DNA of 24,000 nt from an uncultured Candidatus Saccharibacteria bacterium (lineage in GTDB: Bacteria > Patescibacteriota > SICC01). The DNA lies in assembly GCA_964525455.1 (NCBI GenBank), contig CAZGHP010000011.1, forward strand, positions 336 to 24,335. The letters run 5' to 3'. A program made the position numbers and the translations under genes. A model generated the notes under the pieces. It had not been told where the DNA came from and searched no databases. It worked only from the letters and a program-made list of their open reading frames with translations. Positions 8,531-15,862 of the stretch are shown here, piece by piece. Positions within the stretch are counted from its first letter, which is position 1, and each line of letters starts with the position of its first letter.

Positions 8531-8549
8531 ATACCGCCCGAAGCAAGCG
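8531..8549. repeat. Copy 2 of the 19-nt intergenic motif: ATACCGCCCGAAGCAAGCG
   Basis: 18 of 19 nt identical to 7575-7593. Lies 3 nt from the SOD stop codon and 37 nt upstream of the DUF4234 gene start. Confidence 0.7.
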
Positions 8550-8552
8550 GGT

Positions 8553-9146
8553 TCAACCGCGGATTCCCTGGAAGCGGTCCTCGACCACCTGCCAGTCCAT
8601 ATTGGCGAAGAAAGCCTCGATGTACTTGGGGCGGGCCGTCGAGAAGTCCGCGACGTACGAATGCTCATAGACGTCGAGCGCGACCACCGGGAACGCGTTC
8701 CAGACGGGAAACGTATTCTGGGCGTCACCGACCACGTTCATCAGCTTGCCGAAGTCCGTGTCCCACGCCGTCCAGGCCCAGCCGCGGCCTGCCATACCGG
8801 CGGCGGTGAGGTCGGCGGCGTAGTCGTCCCACGAACCGAAGTCCTGCTCGACCTGCTGTCTGAACGTGCCGTCCACCGGCGAACCGTCACCGCCGAGATG
8901 CCCGAAGTAGATCTCGTGGTTCTTGATGCCGCCGATCGCGAAGGTCAGGTCCACGGCCGCGGCCCGATAATCCGAGAAGACCTGGTTCGCTTTCGACTTG
9001 TCGGCCGCGGCCAAACGCGCGGATGCTTCACCATACTTCGCGCAATACGCTTCATAGAGTTTGTAGTGTGCCTGGACGGATTCTTTCGAGAACCCTTTCA
9101 GGCCGTCGAGTTTCGGATCGTAGGGTTTGGCTTGGTAGTCGGCCAT
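8553..9146 (-). CDS. Fe/Mn-family superoxide dismutase (divergent N-terminal helix motif), 197 aa
   Basis: SOD motifs GGIKNHEIYF, GWAWTAW and LDVYEHSYV (D and H ligands) are present. The N-terminal motif is AHYKLYEAY rather than HHxKHHxxY/HYGKHH. SD AAGGAGA lies 5 nt upstream of the ATG. Confidence 0.8.
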   Translation of the reverse strand: MADYQAKPYDPKLDGLKGFSKESVQAHYKLYEAYCAKYGEASARLAAADKSKANQVFSDYRAAAVDLTFAIGGIKNHEIYFGHLGGDGSPVDGTFRQQVEQDFGSWDDYAADLTAAGMAGRGWAWTAWDTDFGKLMNVVGDAQNTFPVWNAFPVVALDVYEHSYVADFSTARPKYIEAFFANMDWQVVEDRFQGIRG

Positions 9147-9231
9147 GTGTCTCCTTGGTTATGTATGCCTAGTGTACCCGCTTGTGGACCGGCGTCTTCG
9201 GCGGAATGCCCAAACCGGCGGCAAACGCACG

Positions 9232-9261
9232 AAAGGCTCCCGGACGGTACGGGGAGCCTTT
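9232..9261 (-). terminator. GC-rich hairpin downstream of the DUF1761 gene (weak-U intrinsic terminator candidate)
   Basis: 10-bp stem AAAGGCTCCC (9232-9241) / GGGAGCCTTT (9252-9261) with a 10-nt loop. It sits 18 nt after the stop at 9279. The U tract is short, so this is tentative. Confidence 0.45.
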
Positions 9262-9278
9262 CGCGAATGACCGGGAGC

Positions 9279-9704
9279 CTACGGGAGCCAGCCGCCGATG
9301 ATGCAGCCGGCCGCCAGGAACACCAGCAACATATAGCCGGTGTCGATGGCGTAGAGCTTCAAGGACTTCAACTGGTAGAGGTAGTTGATCGCCGTGACGG
9401 TGGCCGCGAAACCGAGCCACATCCAGAAGCCGACCATCAGGCCCTCGGTAACGTCGGAAACCTCGGCCAGCGAGGCGACGTGCGCGATGACATAAGCGAT
9501 CAGCAGTTCGGCGAGAAAGGCGCCGAGGAAAACCAACGGATTGGCCTTGGCGACGTCCTTCTCCTTCAGGCCGACGCCTTTCATCCACGGTTTGGCGAAG
9601 ACGTTGTACCAGATCGCGCCGATGCCCATGGCAACGATGCCGGAGACCAGCACGGCCCAGTAGTTCACTTCGATTTGGTCTAATACGGATTCCAGGGTAA
9701 TCAC
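9279..9704 (-). CDS. DUF1761 family membrane protein, 141 aa
   Basis: VNYWAVLVSGIVAMGIGAIWYNVFAKPWM plus further TM helices match the DUF1761 pattern. GGAGGGAGG lies directly upstream of the GTG start. Confidence 0.7.
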   Translation of the reverse strand: MITLESVLDQIEVNYWAVLVSGIVAMGIGAIWYNVFAKPWMKGVGLKEKDVAKANPLVFLGAFLAELLIAYVIAHVASLAEVSDVTEGLMVGFWMWLGFAATVTAINYLYQLKSLKLYAIDTGYMLLVFLAAGCIIGGWLP

Positions 9705-9760
9705 CTCCCTCCGGAACGATCCGCGGGCAGTATGCTCCCTTGCCTGGTAGATTACAACGC

Positions 9761-10315
9761 TTACTTGCGCCAGGTCTGCTCGGGGGCACCGGCCCGGTGA
9801 TTGACCGCCCGGGCGAGGACGAACAGGAGGTCGGAAAGCCGGTTGAGATACATCAGGCTGGCCGGATTCACGGTCTCTTCCTCACCGAGCGCGGCGAGCC
9901 GGCGTTCGGCACGGCGGCAGACCGCGCGCGCGAGATGTAGCCGTGCTCCGGATGCGGCGCCGCCAGGGAGGATGAACGCGCTAAGCGGCGTAAGCTCCTG
10001 CTCGAACGCGTCGATCCAGCGCTCCAGCTTGGCGACCTGCATCGGCCCGACGCGGAGTGCGTCGTCGATCATCTTCTTCGCCTGGGTACCGCCTTCCGCG
10101 GCCTCCGCCCCGATATTGAACAGCACGTTCTGTACCTCGAGGATCGTCTCCCGGATGTCCTCGTCCGTGATGTCGGCCAAGGCCACGCCGAGGTTCGCGT
10201 TGAGCTCGTCCAGGGAACCGAACACCGCCACGCGCGTCTTGAACTTAGGCACGCGCTGCCCGCCGTAGAGACTGGTCAGTCCCTTGTCGCCGGTACGGGT
10301 GTAGATGCGCGGCAT
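9761..10315 (-). CDS. PduO-type ATP:cob(I)alamin adenosyltransferase, 184 aa
   Basis: N-terminal signature MPRIYTRTGDKGLTSLYGGQRVPK and the helical-bundle remainder typical of the PduO/MMAB family. Confidence 0.85.
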   Translation of the reverse strand: MPRIYTRTGDKGLTSLYGGQRVPKFKTRVAVFGSLDELNANLGVALADITDEDIRETILEVQNVLFNIGAEAAEGGTQAKKMIDDALRVGPMQVAKLERWIDAFEQELTPLSAFILPGGAASGARLHLARAVCRRAERRLAALGEEETVNPASLMYLNRLSDLLFVLARAVNHRAGAPEQTWRK

Positions 10316-10324
10316 GGTGGAGTC

Positions 10325-10330
10325 AGTCTA
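10325..10330 (-). promoter_or_regulatory. -10-like hexamer TAGACT, 9 nt upstream of the adenosyltransferase ATG
   Basis: Minus strand reads cTAGACTgactccaccATG. No SD. Confidence 0.3.
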
Positions 10331-10356
10331 GCAGATGGACACGCGGGCTACGTCGG

Positions 10357-11238
10357 TCAGCCAAGCTCCGCCAGGAGCTTCCGGATATCCGTCTTCGGTC
10401 CTGCCTGTACGAGCGGCGTCGTGAGCTGCGCATACTGCTCGTGGAACACCGGCCGCTCCTCCTGATAGAAGATACCGATCGGGACACGGTCGCCATGCTC
10501 GTCGGCACGGCGGCGGGCCTTGGCGGGATCGGTCGGGTCATGATGGTGTTCTTCCAACTTATAGATCCGCTCGCGGTAGTAGTCGTAGGTCTGCACGTGG
10601 TTGAACGTCACGCAGGGCTGGAAGACGTCGATGAAAGCGTAGCCCTTGTGCCGCATGCCGGCTCTCACCAGCTCGAGCAGGTGGGCATGGTCGCCGGCGA
10701 ACCCACGCGCCACGAAGCTTGCCCCCGCGACCAGTGCCATCGCGATCGGGTTCAGCGGCCGGTCCGGATTGCCCTCCGGCGTGGACTTCAGCTTGTGCCC
10801 CTCTTCGGTAGTCGGCGATGCCTGGCCGGTAGTGAGCCCGTAAATCAGGTTGTCGTGGACGATGTGCGTGAGGTCGTGGTTGCCGCGCATCGTATGGATC
10901 CAGTGGTTCAGGCCTTCGCCGTAGTTGTCGCCGTCGCCGTTCACCACCAGTACCGGCAGGCCGTGGTTGGCCAGCTTGACGCCCTCCGCGTTGGGAAGCG
11001 CCCGGCCGTGCAGCGAGTGCAGTCCGTAGGCATTCACGAAGCTGCACATGTTGCCGCTGCAGCCGACGCCGTAGACGACGGCCAGCTCGTGCGGCGGGAT
11101 CCCCAAGTCTGCCAACGATTGCTTGATCGCGCCCCAGATCGAGAAGTCCCCGCAGCCCGGACACCAGGTCGGGAAGATGTCGGTCTCGTAGTCGGTCGCC
11201 CGCGGTTTGCGCGGTCCCGGAGAATGCCGTTCAGCCAC
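10357..11238 (-). CDS. 2-oxoacid:ferredoxin oxidoreductase, beta (TPP-binding) subunit, 293 aa
   Basis: TWCPGCGDFSI, GVGCSGN and VVNGDGDNYGEGLNH (TPP/Mg motif GDGD). Start taken at GTG 11236-11238, giving an 8-nt overlap with the alpha subunit stop. The track ORF upstream of this point is overlap-frame read-through. Confidence 0.85.
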   Translation of the reverse strand: MAERHSPGPRKPRATDYETDIFPTWCPGCGDFSIWGAIKQSLADLGIPPHELAVVYGVGCSGNMCSFVNAYGLHSLHGRALPNAEGVKLANHGLPVLVVNGDGDNYGEGLNHWIHTMRGNHDLTHIVHDNLIYGLTTGQASPTTEEGHKLKSTPEGNPDRPLNPIAMALVAGASFVARGFAGDHAHLLELVRAGMRHKGYAFIDVFQPCVTFNHVQTYDYYRERIYKLEEHHHDPTDPAKARRRADEHGDRVPIGIFYQEERPVFHEQYAQLTTPLVQAGPKTDIRKLLAELG

Positions 11239-13117
11239 CGAGCACCTCCTTCGCACGTTGGACGATTTCTTCCGGATAGACCGGCCGGCCGTCGAACTTG
11301 AGTAGCCGGTCCGGCGATTCGATACCGGTGTATTCGCGGACCAGCCCGCCGAGCTGGGCGGTCGCGTTCTGCTCCACCAACAACGTTCGCTCCGCGTTTT
11401 CCAACGCCGTCCGGACCTGCTTGGTCGGGAACGGCCACGGCACCGTGACCTGCAGGAAGTTCGCGGTGATGCCGTCGTGCTTGAGGTGATCGAGTGCGGT
11501 GAGGATCGAACCCTTGGTCGAACCCCAGCCGATGACGGTGAGCGGCGCGCCCTTCGGGCCATGCAGGTTCACGGACGGGACCGCTCGTTCGATCGCATCG
11601 AGTTTGGCGAAGCGTTTCTTGGTCATGTTCCGCCGCATCAGCGAGTCCTCGGTGGTATAGCCGAACTCGTCGTGTTCGTCGGAATTCGCCATGAAGATGC
11701 CGTTCGGCTGGCCGGGGATGCTGCGCGGCGAGATGCCGTCGCCGGTGAATTCATAGCGCTTGAAGCGCCGGGTGAGTTTCTTCAGTTGCGCGGCCGTCGC
11801 GAGCTTGCCACGGTCGATCCTGAGCCCGTCCGTGCTGAACGGCTTCGCCGTGAAGTGCGATTCGTTGAGATACTTGTCCGTCAGCACGAAGACGGGGATC
11901 TGGAACCGCTCCGCCAGGTTGAACGCCTCGAACGTGAAGCGGAACGACTCCTCCACGTCGCCGGGCGCGAGGATCACGCGCGGGAACTCGCCCTGTGCCG
12001 CATGGATCAGGAACCGGAGGTCCTCCTGGCCGGTCCAGGTCGGCAGTCCCGTGGCCGGGCCGGGCCGCATCGCTTCGAGGATCACCAGGGGGGTCTCGGT
12101 GACCGCCGCGAGTCCGAGCGACTCGACCATCAGCGAGAAACCGCCGCCGGAGCTGCCGGTCATCGCACGGACGCCGGCGAAGGCCGCGCCGATCGCCAGG
12201 TTGACCGCCGCGATCTCGTCCTCCGGATGTCGGACGACCATGCCGGTCTCCTCCTGCTTGGCAGCGAGGTAGTGCAGTACCGGCGAGGCCGGAGTCATCG
12301 GGTAGGCCGCGTAGAGCTGGCAGCCGGCAGCGACCGCCCCGAGCGCGACCGCTTCCGCGCCGGTGACGGCGATACGGTCCTTGGCCTTCCGCGGCTTGAT
12401 CACGAAGCGCTCCTGCTCCGGGAAATTATCGAGCACGAACGCATGCCCCGCCCGGGCGGCCGCGATGTTCCGCTTCGCGACTTCCGACCCTTTGCCCTTC
12501 CCCGCGAAGACCTCCGTGATCACCCCTTCGATCAACCCACAGGGACAACCGACCACGCCGAGGAACGCTCCGAGCGCGACCGTGTTCCGCATGAGCTTGT
12601 TGCCGGCCGCCTCCGCCGCCAACGTCTCGAACGGCACGCCGATCAGCTCGAGATCGTCCCGCTTGAGCGTGCCGTCACCCAGGTCCATCTCGTCGCGGTC
12701 GTAAAGCACGGCGCCGCGCGCGCCCAGCTCATGTTCGTGCAGCACGGCGGTCGCCTTGTTCAGCGCGATCAGTACGTTGACCTCGGAAAGTGGCGCCCGT
12801 ACCTCTTCCTCCGCGACGCGGAGCAGGAAGACGTTATGCCCGCCGCGGATCAGCGACGGATACTCGGTGTAATCGAGCACGGAAAGTCCGGCGCGCAGCA
12901 GCGTCTTGGTAAGCAATAGCCCGGACGTGGCGATGCCGAACCCCGCCTCGCCGCCGATCTTCACGGTCAGGCGGTTCGGCTCGGGACGGGCGTGCTTCGG
13001 GTGCGGCGTCCCCCGCACTTCGGCGCGGCGCGGGTCGTGATGCGTCGTCGCGGACCGCAGCTGACGGTCGCTCTTCTCGGGATGCGGATCCGATGCCCGC
13101 GGTTTCGAAGCCCCCAT
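11231..13117 (-). CDS. 2-oxoacid:ferredoxin oxidoreductase, alpha subunit (fused gamma+alpha domains)
   Basis: N-terminal gamma-like KIGGEAGFGIATSGLLL...PSLIRGGHN is followed by the alpha domain (AYPMTPASPVLHYLA, GSSGGGFSLM). The start is uncertain: ATG 13117 is chosen, GTG 13183 is the alternative. Confidence 0.85.
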   Translation of the reverse strand: MGASKPRASDPHPEKSDRQLRSATTHHDPRRAEVRGTPHPKHARPEPNRLTVKIGGEAGFGIATSGLLLTKTLLRAGLSVLDYTEYPSLIRGGHNVFLLRVAEEEVRAPLSEVNVLIALNKATAVLHEHELGARGAVLYDRDEMDLGDGTLKRDDLELIGVPFETLAAEAAGNKLMRNTVALGAFLGVVGCPCGLIEGVITEVFAGKGKGSEVAKRNIAAARAGHAFVLDNFPEQERFVIKPRKAKDRIAVTGAEAVALGAVAAGCQLYAAYPMTPASPVLHYLAAKQEETGMVVRHPEDEIAAVNLAIGAAFAGVRAMTGSSGGGFSLMVESLGLAAVTETPLVILEAMRPGPATGLPTWTGQEDLRFLIHAAQGEFPRVILAPGDVEESFRFTFEAFNLAERFQIPVFVLTDKYLNESHFTAKPFSTDGLRIDRGKLATAAQLKKLTRRFKRYEFTGDGISPRSIPGQPNGIFMANSDEHDEFGYTTEDSLMRRNMTKKRFAKLDAIERAVPSVNLHGPKGAPLTVIGWGSTKGSILTALDHLKHDGITANFLQVTVPWPFPTKQVRTALENAERTLLVEQNATAQLGGLVREYTGIESPDRLLKFDGRPVYPEEIVQRAKEVLGG

Positions 13118-13230
13118 GCTGCCATGGTACGATAACGCCGTGAGAAACGTATCGCAGCTCCTGCTCCTCCTTAGCTCGCCCACCCCGGCGGCTGGGATGC
13201 GCTAGCGCGAAACGCTTCGGCCACCCCACC

Positions 13231-13252
13231 AACCGCCGGGAGGCGGTTTTTT
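13231..13252 (+). terminator. Canonical intrinsic-terminator hairpin on the plus strand, located in a 5' leader position
   Basis: AACCGCC-GGGA-GGCGGTT (7-bp stem, 4-nt loop) running into T6 (13247-13252). It lies 35 nt upstream of the small-ORF ATG at 13288, and no plus-strand gene precedes it. Confidence 0.55.
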
Positions 13253-13287
13253 CGTATTCATTCACGTGATGAGAGGAGGTGATGACC

Positions 13288-13512
13288 ATGGCCAAAGCAC
13301 ATCCCGAGCTGTTCGCGGAACCGCCGGTGGCGGACCGGACCGAACGCACGAAACCGGCGGTCGAAGCTTGCATGAGCGGCCAGGCAGATACGTTGGATGC
13401 GGACGCCTTCCGGGCGCTGGATTACTACGCGGTCGAAAATTTCGGGTTCGTGCCGAAGGAAGTACTGGCGGCCTTGGAGGAACGGGCCGGCGGGCGCCGC
13501 CCCGGATCCTGA
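13288..13512 (+). CDS. Hypothetical small protein, 74 aa
   Basis: AGGAGG (13274-13279) lies 8 nt upstream of ATG 13288 (MAKAHPELF...). Codon usage is GC3-rich. No recognisable family. Confidence 0.55.
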   Translation: MAKAHPELFAEPPVADRTERTKPAVEACMSGQADTLDADAFRALDYYAVENFGFVPKEVLAALEERAGGRRPGS

Positions 13513-13519
13513 GCCGCGC

Positions 13520-13525
13520 TATACT
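13520..13525 (+). promoter_or_regulatory. -10-like hexamer TATACT, 8 nt upstream of the ABC ATPase ATG
   Basis: Reads gcgcTATACTaagccggtATG. No SD. Confidence 0.35.
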
Positions 13526-13533
13526 AAGCCGGT

Positions 13534-14316
13534 ATGGATGCACTCTCGATCAACGGACTGGTCAAGCAGTACCGCAAGGGGCCCGAGGCCCTCAAGGGCG
13601 TCGACCTCACGGTCGGCAAGGGTGAGTTCTTCGGGCTGCTCGGTCCGAACGGCGCGGGTAAGTCCACGCTGATCCACTGCGTCACCGGGCTGGCCGTACC
13701 GACCGCCGGCAAGATCGAGGTGTTCGGCAAGGATGCCGTGACCGAATACCAGCAGGCGCGCCAGGCCGTCGGCCTCAGTCCGCAGGAGGTGATGAGCCTG
13801 GACTGGTTCCTCAACGTCGAGGAGACGCTCGATTACCACGGCGGCTATTACGGCATGCCGAAACACCGGCGCCAGCGGCGGATCAAGGAACTGCTCAAGG
13901 CATTCTCCCTGGAAGACAAGCGGAAGGCCAGCGTGCGGGCATTGTCCGGCGGTATGCGCCGCCGGCTCGTGATCGCCCGGGCGCTGATGCATAAGCCGAA
14001 GCTCCTGATCCTGGATGAACCGACCGCCGGCGTGGACGTGGAACTCCGGCTCGAGCTCTGGCACTACATGAAACGGGTGAATCAGCAGGGCACGACGATC
14101 CTCCTTACCACCCACTACATCGAGGAAGCGGAACAGCTTGCTAGCCGGATCGCCCTGATCAACCGGGGAGAGATCGTGGAGCAGGGGACCGTCAGGGAGC
14201 TCAAGCGGAAGTTCAAGAAGAAGACGCTGGAAGACGTGTACCTGTCGGTGGTCGGGCGGGAAGAGCTCGGGCGGAACGGCGGCGCCAAGGCCAAGACCGC
14301 GCGGGGGTTCGGATGA
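13534..14316 (+). CDS. ABC transporter ATP-binding protein (ABC-2/DrrA-YadG-like), 260 aa
   Basis: Walker A GPNGAGKST, signature LSGGMRRR, Walker B LLILDEPTAGVD, H-loop TTHY. Confidence 0.9.
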   Translation: MDALSINGLVKQYRKGPEALKGVDLTVGKGEFFGLLGPNGAGKSTLIHCVTGLAVPTAGKIEVFGKDAVTEYQQARQAVGLSPQEVMSLDWFLNVEETLDYHGGYYGMPKHRRQRRIKELLKAFSLEDKRKASVRALSGGMRRRLVIARALMHKPKLLILDEPTAGVDVELRLELWHYMKRVNQQGTTILLTTHYIEEAEQLASRIALINRGEIVEQGTVRELKRKFKKKTLEDVYLSVVGREELGRNGGAKAKTARGFG

Positions 14317-15080
14317 GCGCCTGGCAGACTCGGTTCGGACTCGGTTTCAAGCGGGAATTCACGCGATACTGGAGCATCAAGCGGCAAACGATCCTTACGC
14401 CGCTGCTCGAGACCTACCTCTATATCTCCGTGTTCGGCGCGGCGCTCGGCAGCCGGGTCGGCGAACTCGAGGGCGTGCCGTACATCACGTTCATCCTGCC
14501 GGGACTGGTGATGATGGCTTTCGCGCTGAACGCCTTTGAAAACAACGCGAGTTCCCTGTTCCAACAGCGGTTCATGCGCGCGATCGAGGACCAGCTTGCC
14601 TCACCGCTGCACAACCTTGAGCTGCTCGGCGCGTACACGCTTGGCGGGTTCGTGCGTGGCGCGATCATCGCCAGCGTGACGCTGCTGACTGCCGGATTCC
14701 TCGTGGACCTGCCGGTCGCCGATCCGCTACTGCTGCTGTGGAGCTTCGTGTCCATCGGTTTGTTCTTCTCGCTGCTCGGCGTGCTGGTCGGGGTATTCGC
14801 CGAGGCTTTCGACAGCATCAGCCTGTACCGGAGCTTCGTGCTCCAGCCGCTGATCTTCATCGGCGGCGTGTTCTATTCGGCCACGCTGCTGCCGGAGCCG
14901 TTCCAGACGATCGCCCACTTCAACCCGATCTTCTACATGATCAACAGCGTCCGGCACGGTTTCCTCGGCTACTCGGATGTGGATCCGTACCTCTCGCTGG
15001 CGATCGTATCCGGCGGGGTGCTGGTGCTGTTCGCGATCGTCTACTGGATCTTCCGCAAGGGCTACAAGCTGCGGTTCTAG
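14313..15080 (+). CDS. ABC-2 type transporter permease, 255 aa
   Basis: ATGA overlap with the ATPase gene. Six predicted hydrophobic segments. YadH/ABC-2-like C-terminal region FNPIFYMINSVRHGFLG. Confidence 0.85.
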   Translation: MSAWQTRFGLGFKREFTRYWSIKRQTILTPLLETYLYISVFGAALGSRVGELEGVPYITFILPGLVMMAFALNAFENNASSLFQQRFMRAIEDQLASPLHNLELLGAYTLGGFVRGAIIASVTLLTAGFLVDLPVADPLLLLWSFVSIGLFFSLLGVLVGVFAEAFDSISLYRSFVLQPLIFIGGVFYSATLLPEPFQTIAHFNPIFYMINSVRHGFLGYSDVDPYLSLAIVSGGVLVLFAIVYWIFRKGYKLRF

Positions 15081-15568
15081 CGCGTCGCTGACCGCTCCGG
15101 GATCGTGACCGCTAGTTCGGCGGCCCACGCGTCGATCGGCGCCGGGTCCTGCTGTGGGAAACCGTCGTACTTGAGCGGCGGCAGGAGCAGTTCCCCGCCG
15201 AGCCGCTGTACCAGGACCTGCAGATGGTTGGCCGCCCCGGCGAACGCCGTGTACTCGTGGCGGCCGAGCGCGAAGACCGCGAACCGGGCGCCGGGCAGCT
15301 TGGTGTGTTCGGCCGATCCAGCGAAGCGATGCATGTGCTCCGGAAGTTGTCCTTCGAGCTTGCCTTCCGGCGTGCGTCGCTCCCAGGTGCAGGAGCCGAA
15401 CACGACCACCGGGTAGCCGCGCAGTTCGTGGGGCTTCATGCCGGCCACATCGCGCACGACGACACTGCGGCCCTGCTGCTGTAGTACCTCCGCGATCCGT
15501 TCGGCGGCATAGCGGGTATTGCCCGAGTTCGAAGCGTAGACGATCAGGGTATCGGCAGCGTTCGGCAT
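15077..15568 (-). CDS. Flavodoxin, 163 aa
   Basis: N-terminal FMN phosphate-binding loop LIVYASNSGNTR and a flavodoxin-like layout (VVFGSCTW...). Its stop overlaps the permease stop (CTAG). Confidence 0.8.
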   Translation of the reverse strand: MPNAADTLIVYASNSGNTRYAAERIAEVLQQQGRSVVVRDVAGMKPHELRGYPVVVFGSCTWERRTPEGKLEGQLPEHMHRFAGSAEHTKLPGARFAVFALGRHEYTAFAGAANHLQVLVQRLGGELLLPPLKYDGFPQQDPAPIDAWAAELAVTIPERSATR

Positions 15569-15574
15569 GCCCTG

Positions 15575-15580
15575 ATTCTA
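15575..15580 (-). promoter_or_regulatory. -10-like hexamer TAGAAT, 6 nt upstream of the flavodoxin ATG
   Basis: Minus strand reads gTAGAATcagggcATG. No SD. Confidence 0.35.
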
Positions 15581-15611
15581 CCCGACAGTGCACTCCCCGT
15601 TGATACGGGCC

Positions 15612-15710
15612 CTACTTCCGGCCACGCAACAGACTCATCAGCGCTGCAATCAGCAGCAAGATGAACAGGATGATGTAGAAGAGGCTGACCGCAACCAGGC
15701 CGCCGATCGC
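15612..15710 (-). pseudogene. 3'-terminal remnant of a membrane-protein gene (C-terminal TM anchor plus basic tail only)
   Basis: Minus frame reads ..HAIGGLVAVSLFYIILFILLLIAALMSLLRGRK*, with stop TAG at 15612-15614. The frame is closed by an in-frame TGA at 15720-15722 and has no ATG/GTG/TTG upstream of the helix. Confidence 0.5.
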
Positions 15711-15712
15711 AT

Positions 15713-15817
15713 GTGGGTTTCATCGAGCAGGGCCGTCGCAAGCCGACGATCCCGACGTTACTCAAGATCGGCCGGGCGCTCGATACGTCCTTGGAGCGGT
15801 TACTCCGCGGATTCTGA
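15713..15817 (+). pseudogene. 5'-truncated XRE-family helix-turn-helix regulator remnant
   Basis: Plus frame reads (V)GFIEQGRRKPTIPTLLKIGRALDTSLERLLRGF*, matching the second half of XRE HTH domains (ExGxRxPxxxTLLKIxxALxxSLxxLL). The first two helices are absent, and an in-frame stop lies at 15686-15688. Confidence 0.6.
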
Positions 15818-15862
15818 CGGGCAGCAGTCCCAACGACCGTCTAGTCTGGCAGTCGCCCGCGC

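Noticed and set aside
9235-9289. GGCTCCC followed by three copies of its complement GGGAGCC (9252, 9273, 9283), allowing alternative hairpins.
   Set aside because: Two of the copies overlap the DUF1761 stop codon and C-terminal codons (GGWLP*). The simplest reading is one terminator hairpin plus chance reuse of a GC-rich heptamer. It is noted in the terminator feature only.
2442-12919. Very long ORFs antisense to sufS, sufD, sufB/sufC, SOD/DUF1761 and the oxidoreductase genes (for example 2442..3512 +, 3897..4967 +, 6506..8125 +, 8661..9683 +, 10441..11301 +, 11477..12919 +).
   Set aside because: They are Arg/Pro/Gly/Asp-rich and low in complexity, and carry no family motifs. Each lies opposite a gene with unmistakable conserved motifs. 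Such shadow ORFs are expected in high-GC DNA because stop codons are rare.
13118-13183. Longer N-terminus for the oxidoreductase alpha subunit starting at GTG 13183.
   Set aside because: The extension (GELRRSRSCDTFLTALSYHGS) is not protein-like and would place an AAGGAGG inside the coding region. It is kept as an alternative only; the start remains uncertain.
15633-15639. A second CTGATGA heptamer (minus strand), checked as a possible second hammerhead.
   Set aside because: The downstream sequence has no stem II closed by a C followed by GAAA, and no stem I or III partners. The heptamer is simply the codons Leu-Met-Ser of the membrane-anchor remnant.
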